Source: Pseudovirgaria hyperparasitica (taxonomy: Eukaryota). From it: a DNA stretch of 64,000 nucleotides. The notes under the pieces are model-generated. The model had not been told where the DNA came from. It worked only from the letters and a program-made list of their open reading frames with translations, and did not search any database. The stretch lies in NCBI GenBank assembly GCA_010093815.1, contig ML996565.1, one strand, 5' to 3'. Of this stretch, positions 48,172-64,000 are shown one piece after another. The translations under genes were made by a program, and so were the position numbers. How positions within the stretch are numbered: position 1 is the first letter of the stretch; each line of letters begins with the position of its first letter.

Positions 48172-49614
48172 ATGCCTCGCCTTGTCAGGCGCGCCCCGCT
48201 TGGAGAGCGCATTCGGGCTTATCTGGACCCGGGCGAAATATCGATATGGCTCGCAGAGTTGCTGAACGGCGGTGAATGGGATGATTTTCAGAAAGAGTAT
48301 GGGCTATGGATTGGAATTGCCATGAACATCCTCTTTATGATTGCAAAGGCGTCTTCAGCGAGCCCTACAATATCCTACCGCGATGATGTGTTCGGTGATT
48401 ATGAAGGAAGAGGCAGCTCGGGATGGTTGAAGTACTTTGTAGGTATCACGCTGCTCAGACTTTGAACTTGTCTTACTTTTGCATAGCTATGGCTCGTCAG
48501 CATTCTCCTCACCACCCTCTCATGCACCAATGCGCTCTACGCCATGTTCAGGACACGCTCATATCGCCTCTTCGAGCAAGCCATAGAGACTCCTCTTCCC
48601 ACGAAGTCAGCTCGTCGCGTACGGGTAGACTCGTCGCCCATGTCTTCATCTCCGATCAGATACCTCACAAGCCTTATATCCACAGAGACGGCAGAGTCGC
48701 GCGCCCACCCGGATGCAACACGCGACGTTTGGGAACTCAGCGTTTGGGACCCAACGCCAATTTGTCTTACACTGTTCTGTCTGTTTAGTCCAGGCCACCT
48801 GTTCGTATATTGGCTATTTATTCCAGTTGCGCCACTTGACCCAAGTCCGAGTGTCACATACGTCAAGACGATCTCCTTGATCGCACTACTCTCTTTCCAG
48901 CTTTTCTATTTGCAAAAGAACTTCCAGCAACAAAGCAAGGACAACGCAGTCGTTCATCGTGGGGTACTACAAGAATACGACAACAAGTTTGTCCACCCAG
49001 CACTTAATAAGCCGGTCCGTGATGTCGGAATTCAGACACCAACACCCCAAAGACGCGACTCGTCTGTCATGGCGACTACTGAAGTCGATGCATACACCCC
49101 GACGACTGTAATTAACCGCGGTTTTAGAACAAACCCAAATCCAGCCTATGCTTCTGCTTACGACCCGGACCATCTCACTTCACATTCACAACCTCAGCTC
49201 CGCCCCTCCAGATCAACCACGCCTGCCATGCATACTCCCCATATACCCGCCTCGGCAACAACCACCAGCACACAGGCAGACTTTTCCTCGCCAATACGAC
49301 CGCACAAGACTACCACTGTGGTCCGAAACTCACAATATCGTACGTCAGACTTTGGCTCAGGGACGGGTGACGGAGGAAGTCTAGGCGTGTACTCACACGC
49401 GAACTCCCCTCTCAAGAAGGCAGCTTCTAGTAATTTTCTTCGCGATGATATCAGAGACCCAAGGGAGGCTAGCCCGAGGAAACGTGACGGAAGTCCCCTG
49501 AAAAGGGTCAGTATCCCTGATATAAATGGCCCTCCAAGCCTAGCGCAGCAGCGATTGAGTATGTACACCAGTCGAGGTGCGGGAAGACGAGAAAGTGGGA
49601 GAACATTTCAATGA
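48172..49614 (+). CDS. Nuclear rim protein Nur1/Mug154 family; 1 intron
   Basis: MPRLVRR.PL.ERI..YLDP, YRLFE, SARRVRV, VWELSVWDP, FCLFSPGH, EYDNKFVHP. Confidence 0.88.
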
Positions 49615-50055
49615 TCACTCACGTCATCTGTTATCTAGGCATTTCGTCAGATTGGTGAACACATACCAAGAATCTTTCACTCCTGATTTTCACATTGTCA
49701 AACGTAATTACCAGAGACTGTAGTGACATCCCTGTTCTCTTCGGCATCTCCGATCGTGTTTAGGAACAGTACCGTTCAAAATGAGGCAGCTAGGTAGGCA
49801 CAGAGAGGTGAACGCCGTTTCCTGGGGTGAACGCCAAGACATGTTTCGTTGCGTTTTGTTGTGTTCGTTACCTCTCCATATTCACTATAAGGCGATCACC
49901 TTGCCTTAACGCCCCATTATTGTCACGGTCATGTCTATCACTATATATTTCTAGTTTCACTCGTGCCCTTGTCTGCGACTTGCCGTCGTTTTAACAGCCA
50001 CAATATCCATTTCCCGTCTGCCAGATCACAAGAGAAGCGTCTACGCTTAGTCTCA

Positions 50056-51981
50056 ATGGACGATTACACTGGCAATGCTTCCAATGACGTGGATGATGCA
50101 GCGAAATTGACCTTACGGTTGTCATTTGGTGCTTCAGCGGCCCGGTCAACATCCCGACCAAAACGTACCGTCAAGCCAACCGAAAAGGTCAGGGCAGCTT
50201 TTGACATATTACCTGAGCGTCAGAAATTGTTTGTCAAGCCGAGGGTCCACAACGACTCGCCTGCTCCGGAACCTGTTCTGTCTGTGTCCTCTATGACATC
50301 GCGGTCGTCATCACCTCCACCACCACCGATTCCGCTGGAAATTGACTACGGCGCTTGGGAGGTTCCTTTCTCGCCTGAGATCTCGACGACGGCAGAACGT
50401 GTCGAGCAATACCGACGACTTCAAAAATGTAAGCCCAAGTTTCCATTGACGTGGAGAGACGGCGTGATGCTGCTCAAGAATCAGGAGTGGCGCCACAACG
50501 GTCGAGTTATGAGAAGAATGGAGTGGCCGTCGGAATCGCTTGCTTCGGATACCAGATCTTTGTGGATAACACTTGAGCTTCCAGGTAGGTCGCATGGTGA
50601 AAGCGGCTTCCTGGAGTATTTCCTTGTATGGGACCAAGCTCGCAGAGATGAAGAAAGTCTTGACCGAAGTGAAGAGCTACGGCAATCGGAAAGTGAGTTG
50701 GAAAGGATTTTACGAAAAAACATTGCTGGTACTTCGCTTGAAGATTCGACGCAGGCGACGATTGAGAGTCGTGATAAATCTCCACTCGAAGACCCTTCGA
50801 TAGCAGACACACGCACGGAGTCAAATGAGGTTCTGCCCTCGTTTGGTATGGACGGTACTACCGATGACCCGCGTGAGGATGATCACGCTCAAGAGGAAAA
50901 ACCAAGAAAGACATTGAGCTGGACTGGCAAAGGCTCAGTGAGAAAGACTAAAGTCTCGAAGGCTAGTCTCAAGAAAGGAGTAACAGGTGCTCCAACTTCT
51001 GAAGGGGACACTCCCACTCGTCAATCGAAACGTATCATTCTCAAGTTAAGCATGAAGTCAAAGGAGCAAGGCCAAGAACCTTCTACACCAGCCTCCACAG
51101 ATCATGCATCCGCAGGCCGTCCTACAACCCCACTCAAGGTGAGTCCGGTCGACACTCCGATTGATGGTTATTTTGGGCGCAAAAGCACCCCTTTGAGGCC
51201 CTCGTCGCCCCCTTCGAGCTTCCACACAAGAACCAGAACCACGCCTGTACCATCGACTTCATCCAAGAACACCGCTTCTTCCAGCAGTATAGCTGCTCCA
51301 TCACTCGCCAGGGACACAGATAGACCTGACACAGCTGCCCTACCTGCACCACTCACACAACCCCATATCTCCACGACCCAAGACTCCCCTCCGCCTCCAA
51401 CAGCACCCACCTCATCACCACCCCGAGGCCTCCGATCGCTCCTCCACCTCGCCCCACAATACACCACCCCCGAGGTCTTCGGCCCCCTATCAAACCCCCC
51501 AACCCCCAAATCCCAGCACCGCACCAGCACCCCCAACACCCCCAAAGAACCACAGAAACCCGTCCGAGGCCTCTACATCCCCATCGACGAGTCCTCCCTC
51601 CACAACTGGAAAGTCCCCCCGGGCACAACCGATGCTTTTGGCGTCCCCTACACCAACGATGTATACGTCCTCCGCACCCAGTTTCCCCCGAAACCCATCC
51701 TCAAGCCGAGCTTCCTTGTTCATCTGTCGCAGCTGCGTGCGCATGGGTTTACGGCGCTGGAGAGCTTGGTTGTTGAGCTTGAGGGGTTTGCGCTGAGGAA
51801 GGGGGTGGATGCGGCGTTTATGAGGCTGTTGGATAGGTGGTTGAAGTGGTTGTGTGACGGGATTGAGAGGGCGTTGGGGATGGGTGGGATTAAGGTTTGG
51901 AAGGGAACTGGGGAGAGGGATGGGGAGGACGTGGTGGTGAAGATGTTGGGTGTGCCGATGGTTGTTGGCGTGGAGGGTTGA
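50056..51981 (+). CDS. Hypothetical protein, largely low complexity
   Basis: Open frame of about 640 aa with basic motifs (RPKRTVKPTEK, RIILKL); no family recognised. Confidence 0.65.
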   Translation: MDDYTGNASNDVDDAAKLTLRLSFGASAARSTSRPKRTVKPTEKVRAAFDILPERQKLFVKPRVHNDSPAPEPVLSVSSMTSRSSSPPPPPIPLEIDYGAWEVPFSPEISTTAERVEQYRRLQKCKPKFPLTWRDGVMLLKNQEWRHNGRVMRRMEWPSESLASDTRSLWITLELPGRSHGESGFLEYFLVWDQARRDEESLDRSEELRQSESELERILRKNIAGTSLEDSTQATIESRDKSPLEDPSIADTRTESNEVLPSFGMDGTTDDPREDDHAQEEKPRKTLSWTGKGSVRKTKVSKASLKKGVTGAPTSEGDTPTRQSKRIILKLSMKSKEQGQEPSTPASTDHASAGRPTTPLKVSPVDTPIDGYFGRKSTPLRPSSPPSSFHTRTRTTPVPSTSSKNTASSSSIAAPSLARDTDRPDTAALPAPLTQPHISTTQDSPPPPTAPTSSPPRGLRSLLHLAPQYTTPEVFGPLSNPPTPKSQHRTSTPNTPKEPQKPVRGLYIPIDESSLHNWKVPPGTTDAFGVPYTNDVYVLRTQFPPKPILKPSFLVHLSQLRAHGFTALESLVVELEGFALRKGVDAAFMRLLDRWLKWLCDGIERALGMGGIKVWKGTGERDGEDVVVKMLGVPMVVGVEG

Positions 51982-52691
51982 GGAGGCTTTGGGGGAGGGG
52001 ATGTGAGGAGGGGATGGAGAGAATGATTTGGCGAGGGATAGTGCTTCGTTGTTTGCAGGGAATTCGTTGGCTGAGATTGGTTTGGAGACTGGATACACGA
52101 TCTTTGTATTCAACTGGAGGCGTTGGATAGGTAATAGTCGGATAGTTTCGATCCTAGTTTTGGGGTCTCTGAATTGGTCTAATTAGTCGTTAAATATCAC
52201 ACGATCCTGATCGAATGTCGATCTATAATACTCTTTCACATTTCTCCAATGGATAATTAAGATACTCATCTTCTCTGCACGCTGTTTTCACGCATATATG
52301 GTCCTTGACTTCGGACTCTTGTTGCTTAGCATGATCGTTCGTGAGGACAATGTACCGATGGCGTCAGAGGTTAGTTTAGAGAGAGAGAGACAGGGTCGAT
52401 CAGGTAACCTGGCTATTTGTACTTCAAGGCGCAGCAGAGTGAACGACTTTGCAATAGATTGACTAATTACACACGGGTAAGAATTGTGCAATCCATTACA
52501 ACAAATCGAAGATTCGTGACTCCGGCATCCCTAGCTCAGTAAAAATCGAAGGAAAAAAAAACCATTGATTTAGAGTCGCCTCCTTGTCACATCTTACAGA
52601 GCATCGTCCGCACTCCTGAAACGCCTATGCTCTTCTTGCTCGTGACTTGCTCGTGGCTTGTTTGTATACAGTTACACATGGACGTATACGC

Positions 52692-54004
52692 CTACCACCG
52701 CCCTTTCTCGCGGTACTTCATGCTTCCCCGGCCCTTGTATACGATGCCGTCGCCGTCGGCTGTATCTCTCCTGTCGTCGTATCCACCACCACCACCACTT
52801 CCTCCGCCTCCTCCTCCTCCTCCTCCTAGCCTACCATCACCTGGATCTGCGAATCTGTTTCTGCCGCTGCCCCATCTCCTCTCTTCTTGCCTGGGCATAT
52901 CTTCGTCTCGCCGCCTGTATCTGCCCTCGTCTCTGCCTCGGCCATGCCGGTCATAGTTGCTCTGTCTGTCGTGTCGGTTATATTGATTGGGGAGACTGCG
53001 TTGCCGTCTGTGCTCTGCACTGGGCGACCGTGGACGTGAGGGCGATGGACTGCGTTTTCGCTGGTGGCGTTGTACGGGACTCGTCCCGTCTCGAGCTGGC
53101 GATCGGGAGCGGTCGGCGGAGCGTTCGCGTGGGCGGCCGCGGAGGTTATGATCTATTGTAGCGTCGCTTCGACGGCGGTCTTTTGCGTGCTTTGCTGGGG
53201 GTGTGATGGAGCGGGAGGATGTGTGTCTGTGTTTGCGGTGGTGGTGGTGGCTCTTGTGAGCTCGTGAGGGGGAGGGGGAGCGGGATGGCGAGCTGGTGCG
53301 TCTGCGCTTCTCGCGGCCGCGTTCTTCGGTGGTATGTGAGGGTTGTTCGGTCGGTCTTGGGTCTTGTTTCTTGCGTCGTTCGAGCTCGCCGCAGTGGGAG
53401 ATGAGGACGGGAGTGTACGGCTTGTCGTTGTCGTCTACGTTGACTTTGGAGATTTGGTCGATGGTTTGCTGGCCTGATACGACGTGGCCGAAGACGGTGT
53501 GTTTGGCGTTCAGGTGAGGGCATGGGACTAGGGTGATGAAGAATCTATCCATGTCAGGTCTGGTGCTGCTGTGGTGTGGTAGGTCGGAGGCTCGTACTGA
53601 CTACTGTTGGTGTCTTTGCCGCGGTTGGCCATGCAGACTAGATTCGCAGCATCGAGGTCTCTCCAGCCAATGTTCTCGTCCTCGAACTCTCCTCCGTACA
53701 TAGATTCTCCGCCTGTGCCATCGCCCTTGGTGATATCACCACCTTGTATCATGAACTCGTCGATAACGCGATGGAATGGTGAAGCTTTGTATGTCAAGGG
53801 AGGTTTAGTGCCCGTACATATCGTTCGGAAGCTGTGGAACCATCAGGACCATGAGACAATGAGTGTATTTTTGGGAAGGCTAGCATACTTCTCGCATGTC
53901 TTTGGAGTTTTGTCGTTGAACAGCTCTATGACTATCCTTCCGATAGGTTCTGGACCCAGAGACACGTCCAGGAACACCCGCGATCTCGAAGCTGTAGTAG
54001 CCAT
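52692..54004 (-). CDS. Cyclophilin-type PPIase with an RS/charged C-terminal tail; 2 introns
   Basis: [28 protein letters not shown]...[34 protein letters not shown]. Confidence 0.93.
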
Positions 54005-54164
54005 CTATGCGACCGTGAGGATGGAGACGAGTGATGCCTACGCCGTACCAGTAGACTCATTTATATTTGTAGCTCGGGACAGCTTGCTATGCGATGCGTC
54101 AATTCCGCGCCAAGACAGTCTAGCCCCGCAAAAAAAGTTCCCATCCGATACGCAAATTCGCTAG

Positions 54165-55256
<1,092 letters not shown>

Positions 55257-55414
55257 TAGGCACTCATGTAAAAGTCATTGCATTAGCGAACGCATCGGTG
55301 GTGTACTACGGCGTATTACATTTTACGGAGGCTCTCATGTACGCAACCTCGCACGTCTATCTAGGGATTCCATCTTCATATTACCTCCTATCTCTCATCA
55401 TGTAACACTTGCAA

Positions 55415-56506
55415 TTACTGCTTCTTCGCATCCCTCTCAGCCTTCCTCAAGGCCCTCTTGCGGATCGACTCGTGCATCGCCTTGTTCTGATCAATCAAGA
55501 ACCTGTTGTGTGTTCCCAGAAACGTAGTCATGGCCCAATGCATGATCCCATGGCTCCAGTAAGGAGTACTCGTGAACGCCACACCTTGCGCGCCACCACT
55601 CCTTCCAATCATACCGAGCGCCGCTCTCACGAAGTCTTTAGGTGTCGGGATCATCGCACTTGCGCGGCGAATCTTGGACATGGCAGATGTTACCAGGTAT
55701 GACTGCACAAGCTGGACATGCACACCCTTCGGCGCAAGCTCCGATCCTAGCGCCGAGGACCACTGCTGCAAGAACGCCTTGCTGCCAGAGTACGTTGCTA
55801 AGAGGGGAGTAGGAGAAAGACCACCGAAGGATGCCATTGTCAAGATCATGCCTCTCTTGCGCTGGATCATACCTGGAACAACAATCTGGGTCGTGCGCAG
55901 GGTGCCCATGCAGTTGATGGTGATGATGTCCTTCATTTCCTTCTGGCTCGTCTCCGCAAATGTCACTGGAATCGAGTGACTCTGTCCCACATTGTTTATC
56001 AAGATTGCAACATCCAGCCCGTCGAGCAAGGCACGCATCTGGTCGAAATCAACGTCAAGATTCGCACTGAAATCCATGGCGAGAGTCTTAGTCTCCACTT
56101 TGTATTTCGAGGATATCTCTTCGGCAAGAGCAGTGAGCTTGGACTGAGTACGCGAGATGAGGACGATGTTGAAGCCCTTGCGGGCAATTTGTAGGGCGTA
56201 TTCTTTGCCGATGCCATCGGAGGCACCGGTGATCACGGCCCATGAGCCTTTCTTGCCAAACTTGGAGAGCTAAAGAACGTCAGTGAACAAGTACTAGTAG
56301 CAGTAGAGATGACTTACGGATGTTCCTGGCAGTACGAACAAGCTCAAAAGTAGCCTGATGTAGCTGATGAATGGGCTGGCAATGTAGTATGCCGATAGCA
56401 CAAACGCACCAATCAACAAGGTACTGGCGGCGGCATTGTCCGTCTGGACGTGGATGCCCACCTTTGCGAGAGCTTTCTCGAGGTATGGAATATCGAATGA
56501 AGCCAT
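55415..56506 (-). CDS. IFA38: Very-long-chain 3-oxoacyl-CoA reductase; 1 intron
   Basis: [60 protein letters not shown]. Confidence 0.93.
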
Positions 56507-56777
56507 TATGTTGTCAATTGCGTGGTGTGGGAAAATTGTTGAGGATGTTCCGATGTGGCATCTCAGCAGCTCAAAATTACTTAAGCACTTCCCAGGGTCC
56601 GTCATCAGGGTCCACTAGAGACACGCTCCACACGCTATGTCCTTTTCTGGTACCTTGTTGATCCTTCTCGGGATTCAATGCACTTCATCTGATTATACAC
56701 CGACATCTCGACGCACTGGAGATCCGCACTACCCGCTCGTCAGTTGAGACAAATCCAGAGACTTTCATTCCAAAACC

Positions 56778-57306
56778 ATGGAGCACGTCAGCTCATACCT
56801 CCCACCTTTTCAAGGTCTCCTACCCAAATGGCTCCTCCTCGTACGTCCCCTAAGTCTCCCTCCATACCAGACCCCGGAGCATGATCTCCCAGAACCCCCA
56901 ATAGACGCCCAACATGATCTAACACCAGTTCCAGGTCGCAGTAACATCAATCGGAAACTCAATCCAGTCCTACTCGACCCTGAAATTCACCAAACGAGTC
57001 TACTCCGGTGTTTCTCCCACGCCCACGAATCCAACCGCTTCACCCGTCACACCGCTTTCAGCGCGCACTTTTGGCACCTGGACGTTTATAACAAGCCTTG
57101 TGCGACTGTATGCTGCGTATCATATCACTGAGCCTGCGATATATGAGCTGGCGTTGTGGAGCTTCGTGGTTGCCTTCGGGCACTTTGCGAGCGAGTGGTT
57201 GGTGTATGGGACGACGAGGTGGGGTGCCGGGCTGGCGGGGCCGGTGTGTGTCAGTGTGGGGAGTATGGTGTGGATGGTGAGTGTTTGGGGCGACTATGTC
57301 AAGTGA
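56778..57306 (+). CDS. ERG28: Ergosterol biosynthesis scaffold protein; 1 intron
   Basis: GLLPKWLL, SIGNSIQSY, VTPLSARTFGTWT, RLYAAY, HFASEWLVYGT. Confidence 0.93.
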
Positions 57307-57857
57307 GATGGTAGGCTTGGGCTACTATGTATGTATGCACGGAAGGCTTTCGTGGACTGGAGATGCGAAATAAATAGGTTCGTTATATGTATCAGTGCAT
57401 AATAACGGTGTCACGACAAATCTATCAGAAGGGAAATGCTGGTCAGCCCACGATGGACCACGAGTACACACGCCATTGCTTGAAAGTCACTGGTGACAAT
57501 ACATACATACAAGCTCGGCACAACACTATGGTGCCCGAATCTCAATCTCTACCATGCCCGCCAAACAAAGTGACATATGGGACACCGATCCATCTAATTC
57601 GTTTGCTTCGCTCAATGCAACAAATCAGCCGCGCCCAGCTCGAGGAGAATGTAATTGTTCAACCTTTTCCCAGATGTACGCGCAAGCTATGCTACCTTCA
57701 AAGGTATGGAGCGGAGACGAGCAGGGCTCAGTCATAACTCCGCAAGGAGATTCGTATGGGTGCCATTGAGCTCAATTCACCATCATAGAGAGCGTAGCAA
57801 CTTTCATCAAGAAGTGAGGTGTTGCTGCTGCACACATCTTTGTAGTACAAGCAGCGT

Positions 57858-59667
57858 CTACATCTCCTCTCTCAAATCTTGGGCAGTCTGCCATAATTCG
57901 TTTGCGATCAGCTCGGGTTGTGGTCCTTCCCGTATCTATCTGCATGTTAATTGTCTCCCCAAACCAGTGACGCCCAAAGACATACCTTCAGCTGAAGCAT
58001 TTGTAATTCCGGCTTGCCGTCGAGTGTACCTAAGAATGAAACATAGGGAGAGCCCGGTTTGTCGCCCGCCGGGTTTCCAACCTTCAATTCTTTCTTGAAG
58101 GGGGTGTTGAGGATAAGGCGGTGCGATTTGTCTGCGCGCATGATGAAGCGGGCCGTAATCCCATCTTCTGTCCGGTTGACATTCAACTTGAATGTGCCAT
58201 TGCCTCGTTCCCGCCATGCTTTTTTGCCGTCTTCAAGCTTCACAAATTGATAGACTTTGGCCCTCGCAGCAAACAAGGTGGTTTCGCCCTCTTCGCCAGT
58301 TTCATCTGAAGATCATGTTAGCTAGCCAGATCGTGGCTCACAAGCGGAACAGGGTGAGACGAACGTTCTCGCTCATAGAAGCGACTGTCCTTTCTCTCCT
58401 CGCCCTGGAAGCTGGATGTTTTGGTAGCCTCCGGATCGTCCTCGCCGTCCCCGTTTTCATCACCATCTTCATCCTCTTCTTCATCGTCTGCTTGAGCGCC
58501 AAATGGTTTCGCTGGCTTACTGCTTAGTCCGACGATGGGCGGAGCGCTTCCACTGCCAAAGCTTGATAACTTTGACGCGCCTGCAACGGCAAAAGGGCTA
58601 CCCCCGATAGCACTTCCGAATCCTCCGCTAAGACCACCAAATCCTGATCCGGGAGATTTAGCACCCGCGAAAGCGGTCTTGCCGCCAGTGACCGCCGCGA
58701 ACGGGGAAGCTACGCTGCTGTCACCCAGACCAGTACCAAAGCCAGTGATAGGAGGGGGCGGTTTGGCTGCACTGGCAGTAAATGGTGAGGTCGCTTTCGC
58801 GGTGCTGAAAGCTGCGAACGGGGAGGCTGAGCTCGCCAATGCACCAAATCCTGAGGCAGCAAAAGCACTTGAAGAAGTCTGACGTTCGTCTATATCAGGT
58901 GACTTGCTTACTATAGCAGTGCCGAATGGTGACGCTGCTGTACTTGATAAACCAGGTGCCGGCTTCTCCGTTGCTTTTTGGGGCACCGAAGTCTTTGAGA
59001 GGGTTTCGGTCGTATCGGTGATGTCCTTCTGTCGTTTGGTCTGTCGCTCGTCCTCAGAGGCGTTTGTGATAGCATCGGCGGTTTTCAGTTCATCAGCGCC
59101 AGTCAAACTGGCCGTAGGAACATTGGGCTCGGGTTCCGCAATGTTAGGTTTCTTGTCTTGTACAAAGGCGTCCCCATGGGGACGCTTGTTCTTTGGGCTA
59201 GTAAGCGTGTTGCAGATATCCTCATTCACAGGACCAGATGGAGGAGTTGCAGGGCTAGCAGTATCCATTTCGCTGGCCTGGATGGCGTTGTGCGATTCTG
59301 AAGTGCCTGTTTGTATGCCGTTTTGGTGAAATTCTGCTGCTACAGGTCCATCATTATCAATAGCTGTTGTTCGCGGGCTTCCCGATAGATCTTTGGATTT
59401 CTTGCGTACATGACGTTCAGGCTCGGAATTGTTGCTACTGTCTCCTTCTTCATCCTCATGCCCCCTCTTTCGTTGCAGCGAAGCTTGATCAGAAGCCATT
59501 GTAGTATCCTCTCCTGCCGTGTTGGGCCTGGAGCCTGCAATGGTCGTTTTCTTCAGTTGTTCCCGAACAGGTTTTTCTCCAGCGTCGGATTTCAAGGGCA
59601 GACCCTGCAATGCCGACGACGAGGGCATGTGTATGTCGGCAGAGGATGAGTGCGGTGAGCCGGGCAT
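57858..59667 (-). CDS. RanBD1 domain protein with FG/SPF repeats (Yrb2/Nup2-like); 2 introns
   Basis: SGFG/SPF repeats, acidic tract, ETGEE.E, WRERGNG..KLN, ARFIMR...RLILN. Confidence 0.88.
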
Positions 59668-60489
59668 GGCGAATATCTGCGTGCTGAATAGTGAAAAGAA
59701 ACAAGGAAAGCAGATTTTGTGTAACAACTGTATCCAAAATCGAACAAAGCGTTGTCTCTTTCTCTCGTATCTTGAACGGCGAAGGATGTTCGCAGTGGGG
59801 CTTTGTAGTGTGAAACGTTATGCGTTGTCGTCCGTCGTGAGGATGAGCAGTACGAGCGGCGCTTTGTTATGGACAAAGCTGTATGGCCTATGTGAGGTAT
59901 AGAAATCTGAAGAGCAAGTGATTGCTGTTTGCTGTGATATGCGGCCGACTTGAGTGGACACACTCAGCTCGTCGTTGACTTTACGAGATGAGGCGAGAAA
60001 ACGGTGGTCGCATTGACAGCCAGGGTGGCCTAGAGCAACGAGAAGGAGATGCTGATACGCTGAGAGCTTTGCAAAACAGAGCGTCACGTCCGTGTGTGAA
60101 GGTGCGGCGTTTGTATTCTGAATGCCTGCAGTATGTCAGTATGGCGGTATGGCGGCTGGAGGCAGATTGAGATTAAATTGTCCAGGGAAGAGGGAGGCGG
60201 GGCGCGACCAGATAGGCTGGACGCGGTGCGCCGGACCCACAAGACAGAATACACCAACCTTAGGCACGCGATAGCATTCAGAACAAGTCTTTTTTTAGAA
60301 TAAAAAGGTTTCATTCGTCTTTGTTGGCTTTTACAACACTAATATACAGATTTCAAAATTGTGGTGTACGCAGTCGGTCGGTCGACCATGAGAGGCTTTG
60401 ATTTCGAAGCTCCAATACATACGGATGCATTTATACAGAGGGCAATAGAGTTACAAAGCGTGGGAGAGTTTGAAACGCTCCGTGAAAGC

Positions 60490-61542
60490 TCAGCTGATGA
60501 AGCATAAGCAACCCAAACCTAGATAGAAAACAAATAGTGGGTATACTGCCAAAACAACGCGATTCCTGATGACACCGGAGCCCCCAAGAATGCTGATCCC
60601 GGCAGCCATCGACCATGCAGCAAGAACAATGTAGACTGGTATGCGGATAATGTACCAGAGATTCAGTGCGCTGAGCATGGAGGCGATAACTAGCGGAAAC
60701 AACGTGTATCCGATAATGCATACGGATTGGAAGAACGAGCTGTCTGCACTTAGTATATAGTTCTCAGGTTTAGTCGGTCTGAACTCACATGTTGCCCCCT
60801 AGAAGCTTGATCTGGAGAGTGACTACAGCCTCACCGATCCACACCATTGCAAAGACCCCCGAGAACACCAAGGACTTCTGCTTGTCTGAGGCGCCTCTGG
60901 AGAGGAAGAAGCTGAGCAGGATGCAAAACAGCAGAGGACCCCTGCTGGCTATCAGTATGCGTCACCCACAGAGCACGTAACAAGGACGCACCACAGATCC
61001 CAATCGCGCAGCCCTTCACTCATACCCCCTTGAAGTACAATTTCGGCATCCGGCCATCTGCCCGCAATGCCCCTGATCCCGGAAGGGCCATCTGATTCTC
61101 CGCGCTCAGCAGCGCCTATACCACCACCGGATTGCAGCATGCCTCCGAGCAGGTACTTTGGCCATAGAACCTGTCTCATCTTCTCCCACACGGCCAGCAG
61201 ATCTCTTGATAGCGTCTCCCATACTGTCTCGTCAATAGTATTCGTTGGCGCGCGACGATCCTCTCCTGGGATGGTAGAAGTTAAATAGTTTGACGTATCT
61301 CGTCGACCTTGCTGAGACTGCATGTTTCCTGTCAAAGGCGCCCGATCCGATGTGCTCTCAATTGGGTCATCAAGGTCGTCTAATGTAGCTAATCTACGTC
61401 AGTCTCGTCTCGTCTGAAAGCGTCTAGGAGTAGGTAACACACCATCATCAGGATCGATCAGGTCTCGCTCGACAGCATCGTTGTCATAGGGTGGGTAGGC
61501 GATGCCCCCAGAAGTGGAGGAGCTGGGCATCATTGCCGCCAT
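60490..61542 (-). CDS. Yip1-family Golgi membrane protein (Yip4/YIPF6-like); 3 introns
   Basis: NTIDETVWETLSRDL, LRDWDLW|GPL, QIKLLGGN|SFFQS.CIIGY.LFPL, LAVYPL. Confidence 0.9.
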
Positions 61543-61771
61543 GGCGCAAGGTTAGGTGTTATGTCGGATATGCGATGATGCGAGGTGGTAGACCTGTGAC
61601 TGGGAGTTATGAACTCGTATCAACAACTAGGTAATAGGTATCAAGCCAGGTGGAGCTAGAACTTCCTGCGTGCCTGAGGCAAACAATACTATAAGGCTGA
61701 ACATTCAAGCTTCGATCCGAATTGGGGTCTGACGTATCGGCAATTCAAGGATCCACCCGCTTGTCATGTAA

Positions 61772-63288
<1,517 letters not shown>

Positions 63289-64000
63289 AATAACAGTCGC
63301 TATCCAACCTCCTCATATATCGCCCGCTTTTGCTTAGTGTAAGATAGATGATTAGGCGATTGTCTCCCGCATTGACACCAGCGCCTGCTGTAGTAGACGC
63401 CCTCATGTGACCTCGATAGTCGTACTTCCAGGGCTCGGTTGTGAGGCATCATCAGCCGTCGCTGCCTTATTCCGAGCTTGGAAATACTTAGGTTGAGGGC
63501 GGAGCTTGTCCGATGACCTAACTTCTCGTGCGTCTAATCGAGCCTTTGCATCCTCACGATTCTCCTTATAATTACTGCCATACGAACCCCCAAACCACCT
63601 AAGACTCTTCACCTATCCGTTCCTGCGATATATATCTGTCCATACGTCCTGCAGCCACAATATTTATACCGACTCACCTTGAAGTCAGACATCCTTCGAG
63701 CTGGACATAATAACCCATACAGGCTCCCAACACGGTCAGTCTCAGGTTTTCAGTGTCTGAAGCTGGACTCTTTGAAATATTTCACTCTACGGTGTCGTGC
63801 TTCCTTCCTGCGAGATTGGCAAACATTGGGACCTCGAGCGGTACACCATCCACTTACACTCACTTGCAGACCCGACGTCGGTTTTGTGGATGCCAGTTGA
63901 TGACACCAGCTCATCCAGATCTCAATGCTTAGTGGTCTCGTCCGTCCAGTCGTATTGCTCACCGCCCTCTCGACGGGGAGCTACGATTGATACCGAACTT

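Noticed and set aside
63403..64000. 3' end of a minus-strand gene at the right edge
   Set aside because: Some splice-like signals, but no identifiable product within the window.

Overview
Eukaryotic DNA from a filamentous ascomycete (Pezizomycotina): short GT-AG introns with CTRAC branch sites and RIP-mutated repeats. Bases 1-~4550 are AT-rich and RIP-degraded, mostly a Ty3/Gypsy retrotransposon on the minus strand. ~4.9-23.4 kb is accessory-like: a Dak1-only protein, DUF1996, a PD-(D/E)xK nuclease-like gene, a DPR dehydrin, a compact five-gene catabolic cluster and a PhyH dioxygenase. The cluster (IlvD/Edd dehydratase, SDR, Ldh_2 oxidoreductase, Dabb protein, Zn2Cys6 regulator) has a CGG-N7-CCG motif in all three of its promoter regions and is the best candidate for an undescribed system. 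23.4-33.3 kb holds mostly conserved genes (ARG2, beta-hydroxyacid dehydrogenase, MOSC, MTP18, kelch-like membrane protein). 33.3-43.5 kb is a second gene-sparse island (family III CoA-transferase, a secreted M35-like protein lacking HExxH, a second nuclease-fold gene followed by hairpins and a RIP-like tract). 43.5-64 kb is a core block (NUR1/Mug154, cyclophilin, KRR1, IFA38, ERG28, RanBD1 protein, YIP family, GAL7). About ten abrupt C-rich to G-rich compositional switches occur inside genes. Gene models and family calls were made by eye; no searches were run.
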